DNA of 64,000 nucleotides from an uncultured Smithella sp. (GCA_964469905.1 CAYXZW010000005.1:36330-100329), one strand, 5' to 3'; positions 47,939 to 57,489 are shown, numbered from the stretch's first letter. Program-made: numbers and translations. Notes: generated by a model from the sequence alone, not told the origin.

Positions 47939-48420
47939 TTATTTCTGTTTGGGCAGGTGATTTCCCGGTACTGAAGAAATCAGATCCTCCCCGAATATCC
48001 AGAAATATATTGTCCCGATAAGTCCGCAAGCGAAGGCCGTAAAGAAGTTTACCTGCGGCGACATTTGCCAGAGGAAGGCTCCGCCAAAGGCTCCGCCAAA
48101 AGCACCGCCTGCAAGTAAGGAAAAATTATGACAATGGCGTAACCAAAAAGGGCAATTAAGTTAAAAACCAGCAGGGCTTTTTTATAGCCCAGACGGTCGC
48201 TCAAATAACCGCCGGGGAAGGAATAGAGGGCGGAAAGAAGATTGGTCATGCCGCCCAGCAGGCCGATCGTCAAAGCACCTCCACCCAGAGCCATGATATA
48301 AACAGGCAAAAAACGCTCGGTCATTTTCTCCCCCAGGCCGACCAGGACGACCATGGCGAGCAAGGCCGCCATGCTTTTTCTCAATCCGAAAAATTCAGAG
48401 ATTTTCTTTCTTAAGCGCAT
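47939..48420 (-). pseudogene. MFS transporter remnant: N-terminal ~105 aa joined out of frame to the C-terminal ~55 aa
   Basis: The N-terminal part (48420-48049 ORF) is MRLRKKISEFFG...GGYLSDRLGYKKALL. Another frame continues GAFGGAFGGAFLWQMSPQVNFFTAFACGLIGTIYFWIFGEDLISSVPGNHLPKQK* ending at 47939. About 250 aa of a normal MFS are missing. Confidence 0.7.
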
Positions 48421-48439
48421 TTCACTCCGTCTCGTTAAA

Positions 48440-48605
48440 CCATACCATTTCCAATTCCATTTCTAAATCAATGATGATATCGCGGCAGCTAGAAGGAGGC
48501 GACGAGGCGTATTGTACATACTTTGAGGAAGCCGACGACCCCGGCCTGCGCCGGGGCAGGCTGTGCCAAAAAAAGATAACGTGCGATGGAGAAATGGAAT
48601 TACTT
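48440..48605 (+). repeat. Structured intergenic repeat, copy D
   Basis: The arms contain AATTCCATTTCT / AGAAATGGAATT. The core at 48504-48521 is GAGGCGTAT-tgtac-ATAC. The 45-nt module at 48523-48567 includes the hairpin CCCCGGC-ctgc-GCCGGGG. Confidence 0.8.
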
Positions 48606-48649
48606 TTCTCGTTTGCGGCAATAAACAATGTATATTTTACACCTGCTCC

Positions 48650-49843
48650 TTAAAACATCAACAGCGAAACGCCGATGGTACCCAGGATAAGCCAGATAGC
48701 ATCCTTCTTCCAGACGATCAGGTACCCGGCAGATACGACAAAGATCGTCCATGTCTGCCAGCTGATCAGAGAATGAACCCCGAATTGATAAACAACAGCG
48801 AGCAAAAGCCCGATGAAGCCGGATAAAAATCCTTTGATGACGACCTTAACAATTTTCATGTTTTTGACCTTCGCATGAACGCTGCCCAGAAGGATAATAG
48901 CGGCCAGCGACGGTGTAAAAATACCGAAAGTAGCAACAAGGGCTCCGATAATGCCTTTAACCTTGAAACCAATAAATGTGGCGGTGATAAACACCGGACC
49001 CGGTGTGATTTGTCCCAGAGCAATGCCGTCACGGAAAGCCGTCAGATTCAACCAATGCATTCCATCGACAACAACCTGCTGAATCAGCGGGATAGCAGTA
49101 AAGCCACCGCCGAAGGCTAATGCGCCAATCTTCAGGAAGGTTGTATAAATGATCCATGTTCCGGAAACAGACCAGAAGGTCGTGGCCAGAATTCCCGCCA
49201 TCAGCAGAAGCGGCAGATAATTATGCAGCCTCCCGGCTTTAGGAAAGTCTATTTCTACTTTTAGATGCTCCGGCATTTTTTCCTGTTCAAATTCACCGCT
49301 GAAATAAAAGAACAAGACACCGCAGACCCCGGAGATTAAGATGATGTAAACAACATTTAAATGCAGAAAGGTGATGCCCAGAAATGAAAGCGCCACGATA
49401 GTAATGCCTTTGTAGGAATTACGATCAATTCGGGGGAAGACCGATTTACCCATTATCAGCGTAGCATTAACTAACAAGGAAACAACCAGCGCACCCAGAC
49501 CCATAAAAATTGAATGTACATATTTTAAGCTCCCGTAAGCGAAGTACGCCCAGGCCAGTGCGGTAATAGCAATCATGGCGGGCAATACAAATGAAAAAGG
49601 CGCGAGTATCCCACCCCAGGGCTTACTCAGTTTGTGGCCGACATATCCCCAAAGAGTCACACCGATAGCGCCCGGCAGAATCTGCGAAAGGCTCAAAGCA
49701 TTCATGAACTCATCTTCGGAAATCCACCTTTTTTCATGGACAATGACTTTCTTCATCAAGGCCAGAATCGCCGGACCACCATAGCCGATTGTCCCGATGT
49801 ATAAAGCAGTCTTTACAATTTCCCAAAGGCTCGGTCGTTTCAT
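48650..49843 (-). CDS. chrA: Chromate transporter (CHR family, two-domain)
   Basis: 397 aa with duplicated CHR halves (GGPAILALM... and FGGGFTAIPLI...). Confidence 0.85.
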   Translation of the reverse strand: MKRPSLWEIVKTALYIGTIGYGGPAILALMKKVIVHEKRWISEDEFMNALSLSQILPGAIGVTLWGYVGHKLSKPWGGILAPFSFVLPAMIAITALAWAYFAYGSLKYVHSIFMGLGALVVSLLVNATLIMGKSVFPRIDRNSYKGITIVALSFLGITFLHLNVVYIILISGVCGVLFFYFSGEFEQEKMPEHLKVEIDFPKAGRLHNYLPLLLMAGILATTFWSVSGTWIIYTTFLKIGALAFGGGFTAIPLIQQVVVDGMHWLNLTAFRDGIALGQITPGPVFITATFIGFKVKGIIGALVATFGIFTPSLAAIILLGSVHAKVKNMKIVKVVIKGFLSGFIGLLLAVVYQFGVHSLISWQTWTIFVVSAGYLIVWKKDAIWLILGTIGVSLLMF

Positions 49844-50082
49844 TTTTTGTCATTCCCTGAGAGGCTCTAAAGTCGGTTTTGCTTAGAAGTAATAGCCTAC
49901 TATTAATGCGATGTGATAGTCGTTTTTTTATAAATAGCATAAATAACATAAAAAAACATCGCCGTGCTTACAAGTATTCCTGATTGTAATAATATCAGCT
50001 GTAATATTACTTTAATGAATTTGCTTTAAGTTGTGGCAATTGTTAGAACAGCTCGAATTATTTCCATGAAGGAGTGTGTTTT

Positions 50083-51162
50083 ATGAATAATATTCTTGCA
50101 ACCCGCAAAGGTATTATTATTGTCGGCGCGGTGATTGGTATCGGTGCGGCGCTGTTGCAGTATCTCGGCAATCCGCCCAATATGGGCATTTGCGTGGCCT
50201 GCTTCGAACGTGATATGGCCGGTGGACTGGGACTACATCGCGCGGATGTCGTGCAGTACCTGCGACCGGAAATCATGGGATTCGTTCTTGGTTCTTTTGC
50301 GGCGTCCCTTTTTGCCGGAGAATACAAGCCCAGGGGCGGCTCTTCTCCGCTGATCCGGTTTTTCCTCGGCATTTTTGCGATGCTGGGTGCGCTGGTATTT
50401 CTGGGCTGCCCCTGGCGGTCGCTTTTAAGACTGGCCGGTGGCGACGGCAACGCCATCCTGGGTATCGCGGGACTGATTTTCGGCATTTTTATCGGTGTCC
50501 TGTTTTTGAAAAACGGCTATAGTCTGGGACGTTCCTATGCGCAAAGAAAGGCCAGCGGCTGGGTTTTCCCGGCATTGATGGTTGGTCTTTTTCTGCTTCT
50601 GGTGTTTAAGGTCTCTTTTGCACCGGGCGGACCGATTTTCTTTAGCATAAAGGGCCCCGGCTCACAGCATGCGCCCATTGTGATCAGTATCGTCGCCGGT
50701 TTGATCATCGGCGCCATCGCGCAGCGCAGCCGTTTTTGCACAATGGGAGCATTTCGGGATGTTATGCTGATTAAGGATTTTCATCTGATCAGCGGAGTGG
50801 CCGCCCTTCTGGTTTTTGCGTTTGCGACGAATTTAATCCTGGGCCAGTTCCATCCCGGCTTTGAAGGGCAGCCCATCGCCCATACCGATCATGTCTGGAA
50901 TTTCCTGGGCATGGCTCTTTCCGGACTGGCGTTTGTGATGGCCGGGGGTTGTCCCGGACGTCAACTCTTTTTATCCGGCGAAGGCGACATGGACGCGGCG
51001 ATTTTTGCAACGGGTATGATTGTGGGCGCGGGCATCGCCCATAACTTTGCGATGGCCTCGTCACCCAAGGGTATTGCCGCCTTTGGTCCCGCCGCCGTCG
51101 TCGTCGGGTTTTTATTCTGTTTGGTTATAGGTTTAACACAACGTGATAAAATATCCGCTTGA
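50083..51162 (+). CDS. yedE: YedE/FdhT-family membrane protein (putative selenium/sulfur-compound transporter)
   Basis: The track start is GTG 50074, but ATG 50083 follows AAGGAG. It is polytopic with GICVACFERD and FCTMGAFRD motifs, the paired Cys-loops of the YedE/YeeE family. Confidence 0.75.
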   Translation: MNNILATRKGIIIVGAVIGIGAALLQYLGNPPNMGICVACFERDMAGGLGLHRADVVQYLRPEIMGFVLGSFAASLFAGEYKPRGGSSPLIRFFLGIFAMLGALVFLGCPWRSLLRLAGGDGNAILGIAGLIFGIFIGVLFLKNGYSLGRSYAQRKASGWVFPALMVGLFLLLVFKVSFAPGGPIFFSIKGPGSQHAPIVISIVAGLIIGAIAQRSRFCTMGAFRDVMLIKDFHLISGVAALLVFAFATNLILGQFHPGFEGQPIAHTDHVWNFLGMALSGLAFVMAGGCPGRQLFLSGEGDMDAAIFATGMIVGAGIAHNFAMASSPKGIAAFGPAAVVVGFLFCLVIGLTQRDKISA

Positions 51163-51183
51163 TTTTCGGGAAGGAGAAAAGGT

Positions 51184-51399
51184 ATGAGCACAAAACAAAT
51201 TGACGCAAGAGGGCTTTCTTGTCCACAGCCTGTCGTTTTGGTTGACCGGGCCATTGCCGGCGGCAACAACAATCTGGAAATTTTGGTGGATAACGAGGTC
51301 GCGCGGGAAAACGTCACCCGTCTGATCAGCCGGCGCGGCATGAAAGCGGATATAAGCCAGAAAGGCCAGGATATTATCATACGGGCGGTGAAATCATAA
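51184..51399 (+). CDS. TusA/SirA-like sulfurtransferase (YedF-like)
   Basis: 71 aa with the DARGLSCPQP (CPxP) active-site motif. Confidence 0.8.
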   Translation: MSTKQIDARGLSCPQPVVLVDRAIAGGNNNLEILVDNEVARENVTRLISRRGMKADISQKGQDIIIRAVKS

Positions 51400-51426
51400 A
51401 AGACCGCTGTTGGATGGGAAGTTTCC

Positions 51427-52590
51427 GTGAAAACAATTTATCTCGATAATGCCGCAACGTCGTTTCCGAAACCGGAAGCGATGTTTGCGGCAATGATTCA
51501 TTATCAGCAGAACATCGGCGGCTCGCCCGGACGTTCCGGCCACGGCCTTTCCATCGATGCGGGCCGGATTGTTTTTGAAACACGGGAAACGCTGGCGCGT
51601 CTTTTTAGCATAGACGATCCTCTGCGAATCGTCTTTACAAAAAACTCAACGGAAGCACTCAATATTGCCCTGCTCGGCCTGCTGAAAAAAAATGATCATG
51701 TCATTACCACCGGCATGGAACATAATTCCGTTATGCGGCCACTGCGTTATCTCCAGTCACAAGGCGTCGAATTGTCGGTGATTCCCTGCTCTGCGCAAGG
51801 CGAGCTTGACCCGGAGAACATCAAGAAGGCTTTCCAAAAACATACAAAAATGGTTGTCCTGACCCACGCATCCAATGTAACGGGAACCATCATGCCTGTA
51901 TACGAAATAGGGAAAATGACCAGTGCCAGGGGCGATGTTGTGCTGTGTGTGGATGCCGCCCAGACCGCAGGAGCCCTGCCGATTGATGTGGGCAAAATGG
52001 CCATTGACCTTCTAGCATTCACTGGCCACAAATCTCTTTATGGTCCTCAGGGCACCGGCGGGCTTTATATTCGCGAAGGCCTCGACCGTTGTATTGCACC
52101 TTTGATGCGAGGAGGAACAGGCAGCCGCTCGGAGTTTGAAGCGCAGCCGGATTTCATGCCGGACAAGTATGAAAGTGGCACTCCCAATGCCATTGGCCTT
52201 GCAGGACTTGGCGCAGGCGCCTCGTTCATCCTGGAGCAGACCCTGGAAGCAATCCGGGCCAAAGAATTGCAACTGACAGCCCGCTTTCTTGATTTACTGA
52301 ACGAAGATAAAAATCATGTGACCGTTTACGGCAGCGGCGATGCCGCAAAAAAAATCGCCGTGGTTTCCTTTAATTTAAAGAACATCACGCCGTCCGATGC
52401 CGCCTTATACTTTGAAGAAAAATGGGGCATCATGTGCAGGCCAGGACTGCATTGCGCGCCTGCGGCCCATAAAACACTAGGAACATTTTCACAGGGTACG
52501 ATACGCTTCAGCTTCGGCTTTTTTAATAACGAAGAGGATATTGACCATGCCGCCGGTGCAGTGCGAGATTTGATCAAAAAAGGAAATTAA
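51427..52590 (+). CDS. Class V aminotransferase: cysteine desulfurase / selenocysteine lyase family
   Basis: 387 aa starting at GTG, with YLDNAATS, the FTGHKSLYGP PLP-lysine region and a CRPGLHCA active-site loop. Confidence 0.85.
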   Translation: MKTIYLDNAATSFPKPEAMFAAMIHYQQNIGGSPGRSGHGLSIDAGRIVFETRETLARLFSIDDPLRIVFTKNSTEALNIALLGLLKKNDHVITTGMEHNSVMRPLRYLQSQGVELSVIPCSAQGELDPENIKKAFQKHTKMVVLTHASNVTGTIMPVYEIGKMTSARGDVVLCVDAAQTAGALPIDVGKMAIDLLAFTGHKSLYGPQGTGGLYIREGLDRCIAPLMRGGTGSRSEFEAQPDFMPDKYESGTPNAIGLAGLGAGASFILEQTLEAIRAKELQLTARFLDLLNEDKNHVTVYGSGDAAKKIAVVSFNLKNITPSDAALYFEEKWGIMCRPGLHCAPAAHKTLGTFSQGTIRFSFGFFNNEEDIDHAAGAVRDLIKKGN

Positions 52591-52598
52591 ATCCAGCA

Positions 52599-52826
52599 AT
52601 GACACAAAAAGAATCGACCAGCGTTGTCCTCTTTGAATCCATCAGCCATGCGTTACGCGCCGAAAAATTGATTAAAGCCGCGAATATTTCCTGCAAACTG
52701 ATTCCCGTGCCGCGCCATCTCAGTTCCGATTGCGGCGTCTGCCTGCGTATCAGCACCGACACAAAAGAGCATGTTGAAAATATATTACAGGAGAAGCTGG
52801 ATTTCTTTGAGATCAAACTGCTCTGA
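52599..52826 (+). CDS. DUF3343-like small protein (putative Se/S carrier)
   Basis: 75 aa with VVLFESISHALRAEKLIK...LIPVPRHLSSDCGVCLRI, matching the DUF3343 pattern. Confidence 0.7.
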   Translation: MTQKESTSVVLFESISHALRAEKLIKAANISCKLIPVPRHLSSDCGVCLRISTDTKEHVENILQEKLDFFEIKLL

Positions 52827-52859
52827 CATATTTATTACTCCTTTAAATCTGGACTTTAT

Positions 52860-54161
52860 TTAAAAGTAATAGCCAACCCGTAGTTCAATACGGTAGTCAT
52901 TTTGCTTCTCGCCAAAATCAGAGTTTTTTGTGCCGGAGATAATTCCTGTACGGAGACGGAATTCCCAATTGGTGATACCAGTATAAAGAAGTTCCGGCGT
53001 CAATGACCAACTCTGATCATCCGTGTTCATCATCCAGGTTAGCGATGGCGTGAAATAAAGGATATCGAAGGGCTCTTTCTGGCTGCAACGAACATACAGA
53101 TAGTTTCCCATAGCGCTGGAACGACCATAACCTCCCTCCGCCATTTGCTGGGCGTTGCCAAGGGCGGCAGCGTTGCCGGTTGTCTGATAGGTGTTGTACC
53201 CCCGTGTGATATAAGTGTAATAGTTTTTCATATCATCGCCGCTGAAACCCATGCCGTTGTGGTAGTACTCAATGATAGTGGTAAGGTCAAATGTGGTCAG
53301 GTGCCGGATGCCGATGACATAACTTAAGGCGTCTCCTTCCACCTGATAACGATTGCCGTTTACATCCAGAACGTTTTTCTGAAAATTCTGAACATAGGCC
53401 AGTTCGCCGTGCACTTCAAAGTTGGTCGTGATGTTCCGGGAAAAGTCAATGCCGTAGCGGTCGGTCCTGCTGCCCCCGGTCATGAACATCAAATCAATAT
53501 CCGTGTCATACAAAAGAAAATAGAACCGGCCCGCAACGTTGAGTTTGTAATTATTGCCAAATGTGTCGTTCACATGGTCGTAAACGGGAAATAGAACGGG
53601 GGTAAAGGAAAAAGTTTTCAATGGCCCCTCGAAGCTTTTGATATAGTCGGCCGTAGCCAGGACGTAGCCTTCCATGGCTGTTTCCGGATCGTCCGGATCT
53701 TTCGGCCTGTCCACGAAGGCCACTGGATTCCAGGCGTAGCCCTTCCCCCACTTCATGGTCTTTTTCCCAATATCAAATTTCAGATTGGACGATGGTTTCA
53801 CAGAGCCGTATGCTTCGTAAAATGTTGTTCTTTCCGATTCTCCTGAATAAGAAGATTTTAAATCCGTGTTCGTCTTCGCATAGATTCGGAAGATATTTTT
53901 TTCGAAGCTTCCCTCCAGTTGGATTCTACCGTTTGCTTCTAATAGATTCTGCCCTCGGGGATCGCTGAAAAAGCGCTGTTTGTAAAATGCACTATCGCGA
54001 TCAAGACCGAAGAGAATGGGCTTAAACTCGACGTAACCCCCGATATGATTCGATTTCTTCTCAGTCTCTGCAGGATCAAAGGAATATGATTCCTCGGCGC
54101 CCACAACTGCCGGGATCAGCCAAAACATAAAATACAGGAAGATAAGCAATAGCCTTTTCAT
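52860..54161 (-). CDS. Outer-membrane beta-barrel protein of unknown function
   Basis: 433 aa with a signal peptide, aromatic-rich alternating strands and a C-terminal ...RVGYYF. Confidence 0.6.
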   Translation of the reverse strand: MKRLLLIFLYFMFWLIPAVVGAEESYSFDPAETEKKSNHIGGYVEFKPILFGLDRDSAFYKQRFFSDPRGQNLLEANGRIQLEGSFEKNIFRIYAKTNTDLKSSYSGESERTTFYEAYGSVKPSSNLKFDIGKKTMKWGKGYAWNPVAFVDRPKDPDDPETAMEGYVLATADYIKSFEGPLKTFSFTPVLFPVYDHVNDTFGNNYKLNVAGRFYFLLYDTDIDLMFMTGGSRTDRYGIDFSRNITTNFEVHGELAYVQNFQKNVLDVNGNRYQVEGDALSYVIGIRHLTTFDLTTIIEYYHNGMGFSGDDMKNYYTYITRGYNTYQTTGNAAALGNAQQMAEGGYGRSSAMGNYLYVRCSQKEPFDILYFTPSLTWMMNTDDQSWSLTPELLYTGITNWEFRLRTGIISGTKNSDFGEKQNDYRIELRVGYYF

Positions 54162-54899
54162 TTAACGCAGCGCTTCCAGATTCGGCATGAAGGTCATGGT
54201 AAAGACCTCATCCTTAAAGGTCTTCTTTTTGACCTTGGCGAAAATCATGACGGACTTGTAGCCCTTGTAAAGGGGACTGTCCGTTTCTATCACCGCCGGA
54301 CGGACAAGACCGCCGCCAAAATCTTTTACATCCTTAAAATAGAGGGTTTTGATGAGCATGTTTGCCTCGGTCAGACATTCTATCTTTGTCGGCAACTTTT
54401 TGTCCTTGTCGGCCCAAATTTTGAGTTTGTCATAGGCCACGGTTTTTGTCTTGGCCTTGAGATAAAGAAGATATTCGTTTCCCTTTTCATCAACCTTCTC
54501 CACATCGTATTCCACGGTGTAATCGAGTTGCAGAATATCGGCATTGTTAAAGACGCCGCCTACGACCGATTGAAGGCTGGTAATCCTAATTGGCTTACCG
54601 ATATTGGGAATGTTCAGCCACATGTTATCGCCTACCCTCAGTGTGCTTCTGCCTTTTTCACTGGCCGGGGCGACAAACAGCGAGGCGACTTTATCAACAC
54701 CCTTTTTAACGGTAAAAAGAGTAAATTCTTTTTTCGCACCGGAAGGTTCGATGTTGATGAGCTTGCGATAGGACTCGTAGGATTCAGGAGAGAGGTTCCT
54801 GTCCACCTGCTCCAGAAGCGCCTTACCATCTAAGGCAAAGACGGGACAAGCCATGGACACAATCAGCAGAATAATCAATAATAGTTTTTTCATCATCAT
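54162..54899 (-). CDS. LolA-like outer-membrane lipoprotein-sorting protein
   Basis: 245 aa with a signal peptide. Its size and sequence pattern (…FTLFTVKKG…LRVGDNMWLNIPN…) fit the LolA_like family. Its stop abuts the next start. Confidence 0.65.
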   Translation of the reverse strand: MMMKKLLLIILLIVSMACPVFALDGKALLEQVDRNLSPESYESYRKLINIEPSGAKKEFTLFTVKKGVDKVASLFVAPASEKGRSTLRVGDNMWLNIPNIGKPIRITSLQSVVGGVFNNADILQLDYTVEYDVEKVDEKGNEYLLYLKAKTKTVAYDKLKIWADKDKKLPTKIECLTEANMLIKTLYFKDVKDFGGGLVRPAVIETDSPLYKGYKSVMIFAKVKKKTFKDEVFTMTFMPNLEALR

Positions 54900-54913
54900 T
54901 TCTCCTTTATGAT

Positions 54914-56152
54914 TTAAACGTGACGCAGGGCTTCGATGGGCTCCATCTTCGATGCTTTGATGGCCGGTTGAAGGCTGGCTGCCACAGCAACGATAATAAC
55001 AATGACTGACACAATCAACAAATCAGCCGGGTTCAGAGTGGCTTTCAGAAGAAGCCCCTGCTGCTGGCCGAAGTCAAAGCGGATGCCAACAATATTGACG
55101 ATCAATATAATGGCACTCCCCAGCAAACCGCCAATGACTGTGCCGACAACGCCGAGACAGAATCCTTCGATGATGAACATGGAGCGGATCTTGCCGGGCA
55201 GAGTGCCGATGGCGGCAATAGTACCGATTTCCCGAATCCGTTCATAGACGGCCATAATCATAACATTCATAATGCTGATGAGGACGATGGCAATCAGCAT
55301 AATCTTAATGAAGAAGGTCATCACGTCGATCATCCGAGCGATATTGAAGAAAGGTGAAAGTTGTTCCCAGGAATGAACCTCGAACATAGGCAGTCCCCCC
55401 TTGTTGACCTCGCCTACAACCTTACCATCCAGTTGCTTAACTGCGGCGGAAAGGCGGCTAAAATTCTTGAGCCGAACGGCAACTTCGCTTACTTCCGCTT
55501 CCGGCATACGAAGAACATCGGCGGCATCCTCAATATGAATATACCCATCACGTCCGCCGGGGCCGGTAGCGCTCTCCAGGATGCCGGAAACGATAAACTG
55601 CTTGCCGTTGACGGAGCCATCGACATTTGTCGCCACAATGACAACGGTGTCACCCACCTTGACTTTCAATCCCTTCGCCAAAAGTATGGGAATCATGATT
55701 TCACCCCGGCTGAGGGTCTTTTTGCCTTCCGCTATGCGGGTGGTTAAAAAAGGGACGGTTTGAAACTCCTGCTCGGGATAGACGCCGTTTAAGCGGATGT
55801 TGGTTGTCTCTACAAAGTTACTGAACATGCCACCGAATTTAAGGCGGGGCGAAAAGGCCTCCACTTCCGTCGCTGCTGTAAGAACTGTGGCAATTTTGGC
55901 ATAAGCATTGGGTTTCATGTTCAGATTCAGCGGCAGGTTATCGATGGCAGCAACATACCCTTTACGGTGGATCTGGAGATGCCCCAACATGGAATCGGTT
56001 ACTTGTCCAATAATCATCGCCTTGAAAGAGCCGGTAATGGAAACAAAGACAAGAACGAAAACAACGCCGATCGTGATGAGCGATGCCGTCAGCAGAGTTC
56101 TTCTTTTATACCGGATGAGATTGCGGATGGCAATTTTAAAAAGATTACTCAT
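54914..56152 (-). CDS. FtsX-family ABC transporter permease (LolC/E- or MacB-like)
   Basis: 412 aa with TM1, a ~230-aa periplasmic domain and three C-terminal TM helices. Confidence 0.8.
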   Translation of the reverse strand: MSNLFKIAIRNLIRYKRRTLLTASLITIGVVFVLVFVSITGSFKAMIIGQVTDSMLGHLQIHRKGYVAAIDNLPLNLNMKPNAYAKIATVLTAATEVEAFSPRLKFGGMFSNFVETTNIRLNGVYPEQEFQTVPFLTTRIAEGKKTLSRGEIMIPILLAKGLKVKVGDTVVIVATNVDGSVNGKQFIVSGILESATGPGGRDGYIHIEDAADVLRMPEAEVSEVAVRLKNFSRLSAAVKQLDGKVVGEVNKGGLPMFEVHSWEQLSPFFNIARMIDVMTFFIKIMLIAIVLISIMNVMIMAVYERIREIGTIAAIGTLPGKIRSMFIIEGFCLGVVGTVIGGLLGSAIILIVNIVGIRFDFGQQQGLLLKATLNPADLLIVSVIVIIVAVAASLQPAIKASKMEPIEALRHV

Positions 56153-56850
56153 GGTTTTGTGCCCCCTTTTGTCTCTTTTGCGGTCAGTCTGCCATCTTCC
56201 AACCGGAAGATGACTTCCGCTTCGCCGACAATCTTAGTGTCATGGGTGGAGAAAATAAACGTCGTTCCAAAATCATCCCGCATTTTCTTCATCAGCCCGA
56301 TCACGGCATAGGCCGTCTGGGAATCAAGGTTGGCCGTGGGTTCATCAGCCAGGACCAGAGAGGGATTGGTAACCAGCGCCCGGGCCACAGCAACGCGCTG
56401 CTTCTGTCCTCCCGAGATCTGGTGGGGATACTTTTGCCCCTGATCTGTCATATCAACAGCCGCAAGCAATCGAGAAATTCTCTCTTTGCGTTCCTGCGGT
56501 GCTATGTTCTGAACCATGATCAGAGGATATTCGATGTTTTCGTAAACAGTGAGCACCGGGATCAGGTTAAAATCCTGAAAAATAAATCCCAGATTCTTTC
56601 CCCGGAAAGCTGCGCTATTCTTCCGATCCAGGGTGATGACATCCGTATCGGCAATGCGGAGGTTTCCTGCCGATGGTTTGTCCAGACAGCCGATGAGATT
56701 CAGGATGGTCGTTTTGCCGCTGCCCGAAGGCCCTACAAACGAAACGAAGGAGGCGGGTTCAATTTCAAAATCGACGTCCTGAAGAGCGTGAACGACCACG
56801 TCTTCCGTCTGGTAATCTTTGGTGATGTTCTGTGCTTTAATTAATGCCAT
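56149..56850 (-). CDS. ABC transporter ATP-binding protein (LolD/MacB type)
   Basis: 233 aa with Walker [10 protein letters not shown], signature [15 protein letters not shown] and Walker B VLADEPT. It overlaps the permease gene by 4 nt. Confidence 0.9.
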   Translation of the reverse strand: MALIKAQNITKDYQTEDVVVHALQDVDFEIEPASFVSFVGPSGSGKTTILNLIGCLDKPSAGNLRIADTDVITLDRKNSAAFRGKNLGFIFQDFNLIPVLTVYENIEYPLIMVQNIAPQERKERISRLLAAVDMTDQGQKYPHQISGGQKQRVAVARALVTNPSLVLADEPTANLDSQTAYAVIGLMKKMRDDFGTTFIFSTHDTKIVGEAEVIFRLEDGRLTAKETKGGTKP

Positions 56851-56936
56851 ATGGCTTTCCCCTTTCTTAAAAACACGGGATTTACAATATAATAACCACT
56901 TAAATCATCTTGTCTAATCAGGAGCAAGCGCAAACT

Positions 56937-56969
56937 AAAAAAACGGGGGAGCGTACGACACGCTCCCCC
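56937..56969 (-). terminator. Rho-independent terminator after the Spy/CpxP-like gene
   Basis: A 10-bp stem GGGGGAGCGT / ACGCTCCCCC (56945-56969) is followed on the minus strand by a T7 run. Confidence 0.85.
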
Positions 56970-56994
56970 ATCGAAGAAGGATATAAAGATTGGA

Positions 56995-57489
56995 TTAGTT
57001 GTACATTCCCATTCTGTGACCGAAGTCGCCCTGGCCTCTCATACCGCCGCGTGGACCATAACCCATTCCTCGGCCCCAGCCGACATTAGCCAGTTTTTCC
57101 TGCTGTTCCGATGTAAGAACTTTGCGGATTTCCAGCCTCATTGCCGTAGTCTTATCCTGCATCTGATCTCGCAGAGTTCTTATTTCTTTCTGGGCGTCAT
57201 TAATCTTGTTTTGATCCGGGTTAGCCTGTAGCCACAGCCTGCGCATCTCTACCGATTTATCGAACATCTTTTCCCGAATCGGTCTTACTTCCTTGTCGGT
57301 TGAAGTTTGCAGAGCCTCAATCTTAATTTTTTGTTCTGCGTTTAGATTCAATCTCTCCAGGCCTGCTTCGCGACAATTTTCATATCCTCTGCCTTTGCCC
57401 GGACCGTAACCGGAACCCCAGGCAAATACCTGAGAAGTAAAAAGCAGGCCAACCACAACGGCCATCAATGTTAGTGTTAACTTTTTCAT
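56995..57489 (-). CDS. Spy/CpxP/ZraP-family periplasmic chaperone
   Basis: 164 aa with a signal peptide, two LTxxQ-type motifs (LNLNAEQKIKI, LTSEQQEKL) and Gly/Met/His-rich ends. Confidence 0.75.
   Translation of the reverse strand: MKKLTLTLMAVVVGLLFTSQVFAWGSGYGPGKGRGYENCREAGLERLNLNAEQKIKIEALQTSTDKEVRPIREKMFDKSVEMRRLWLQANPDQNKINDAQKEIRTLRDQMQDKTTAMRLEIRKVLTSEQQEKLANVGWGRGMGYGPRGGMRGQGDFGHRMGMYN

Noticed and set aside
48471-48653. 60-68-aa ORFs across repeat copies (48471-48653, 48422-48628, 21562-21750, the 5' part of 36719-37096, 17750-18031, 17784-17969).
   Set aside because: The copies differ by non-triplet indels, so no reading frame is conserved. The sequences are palindromic repeats, not genes.
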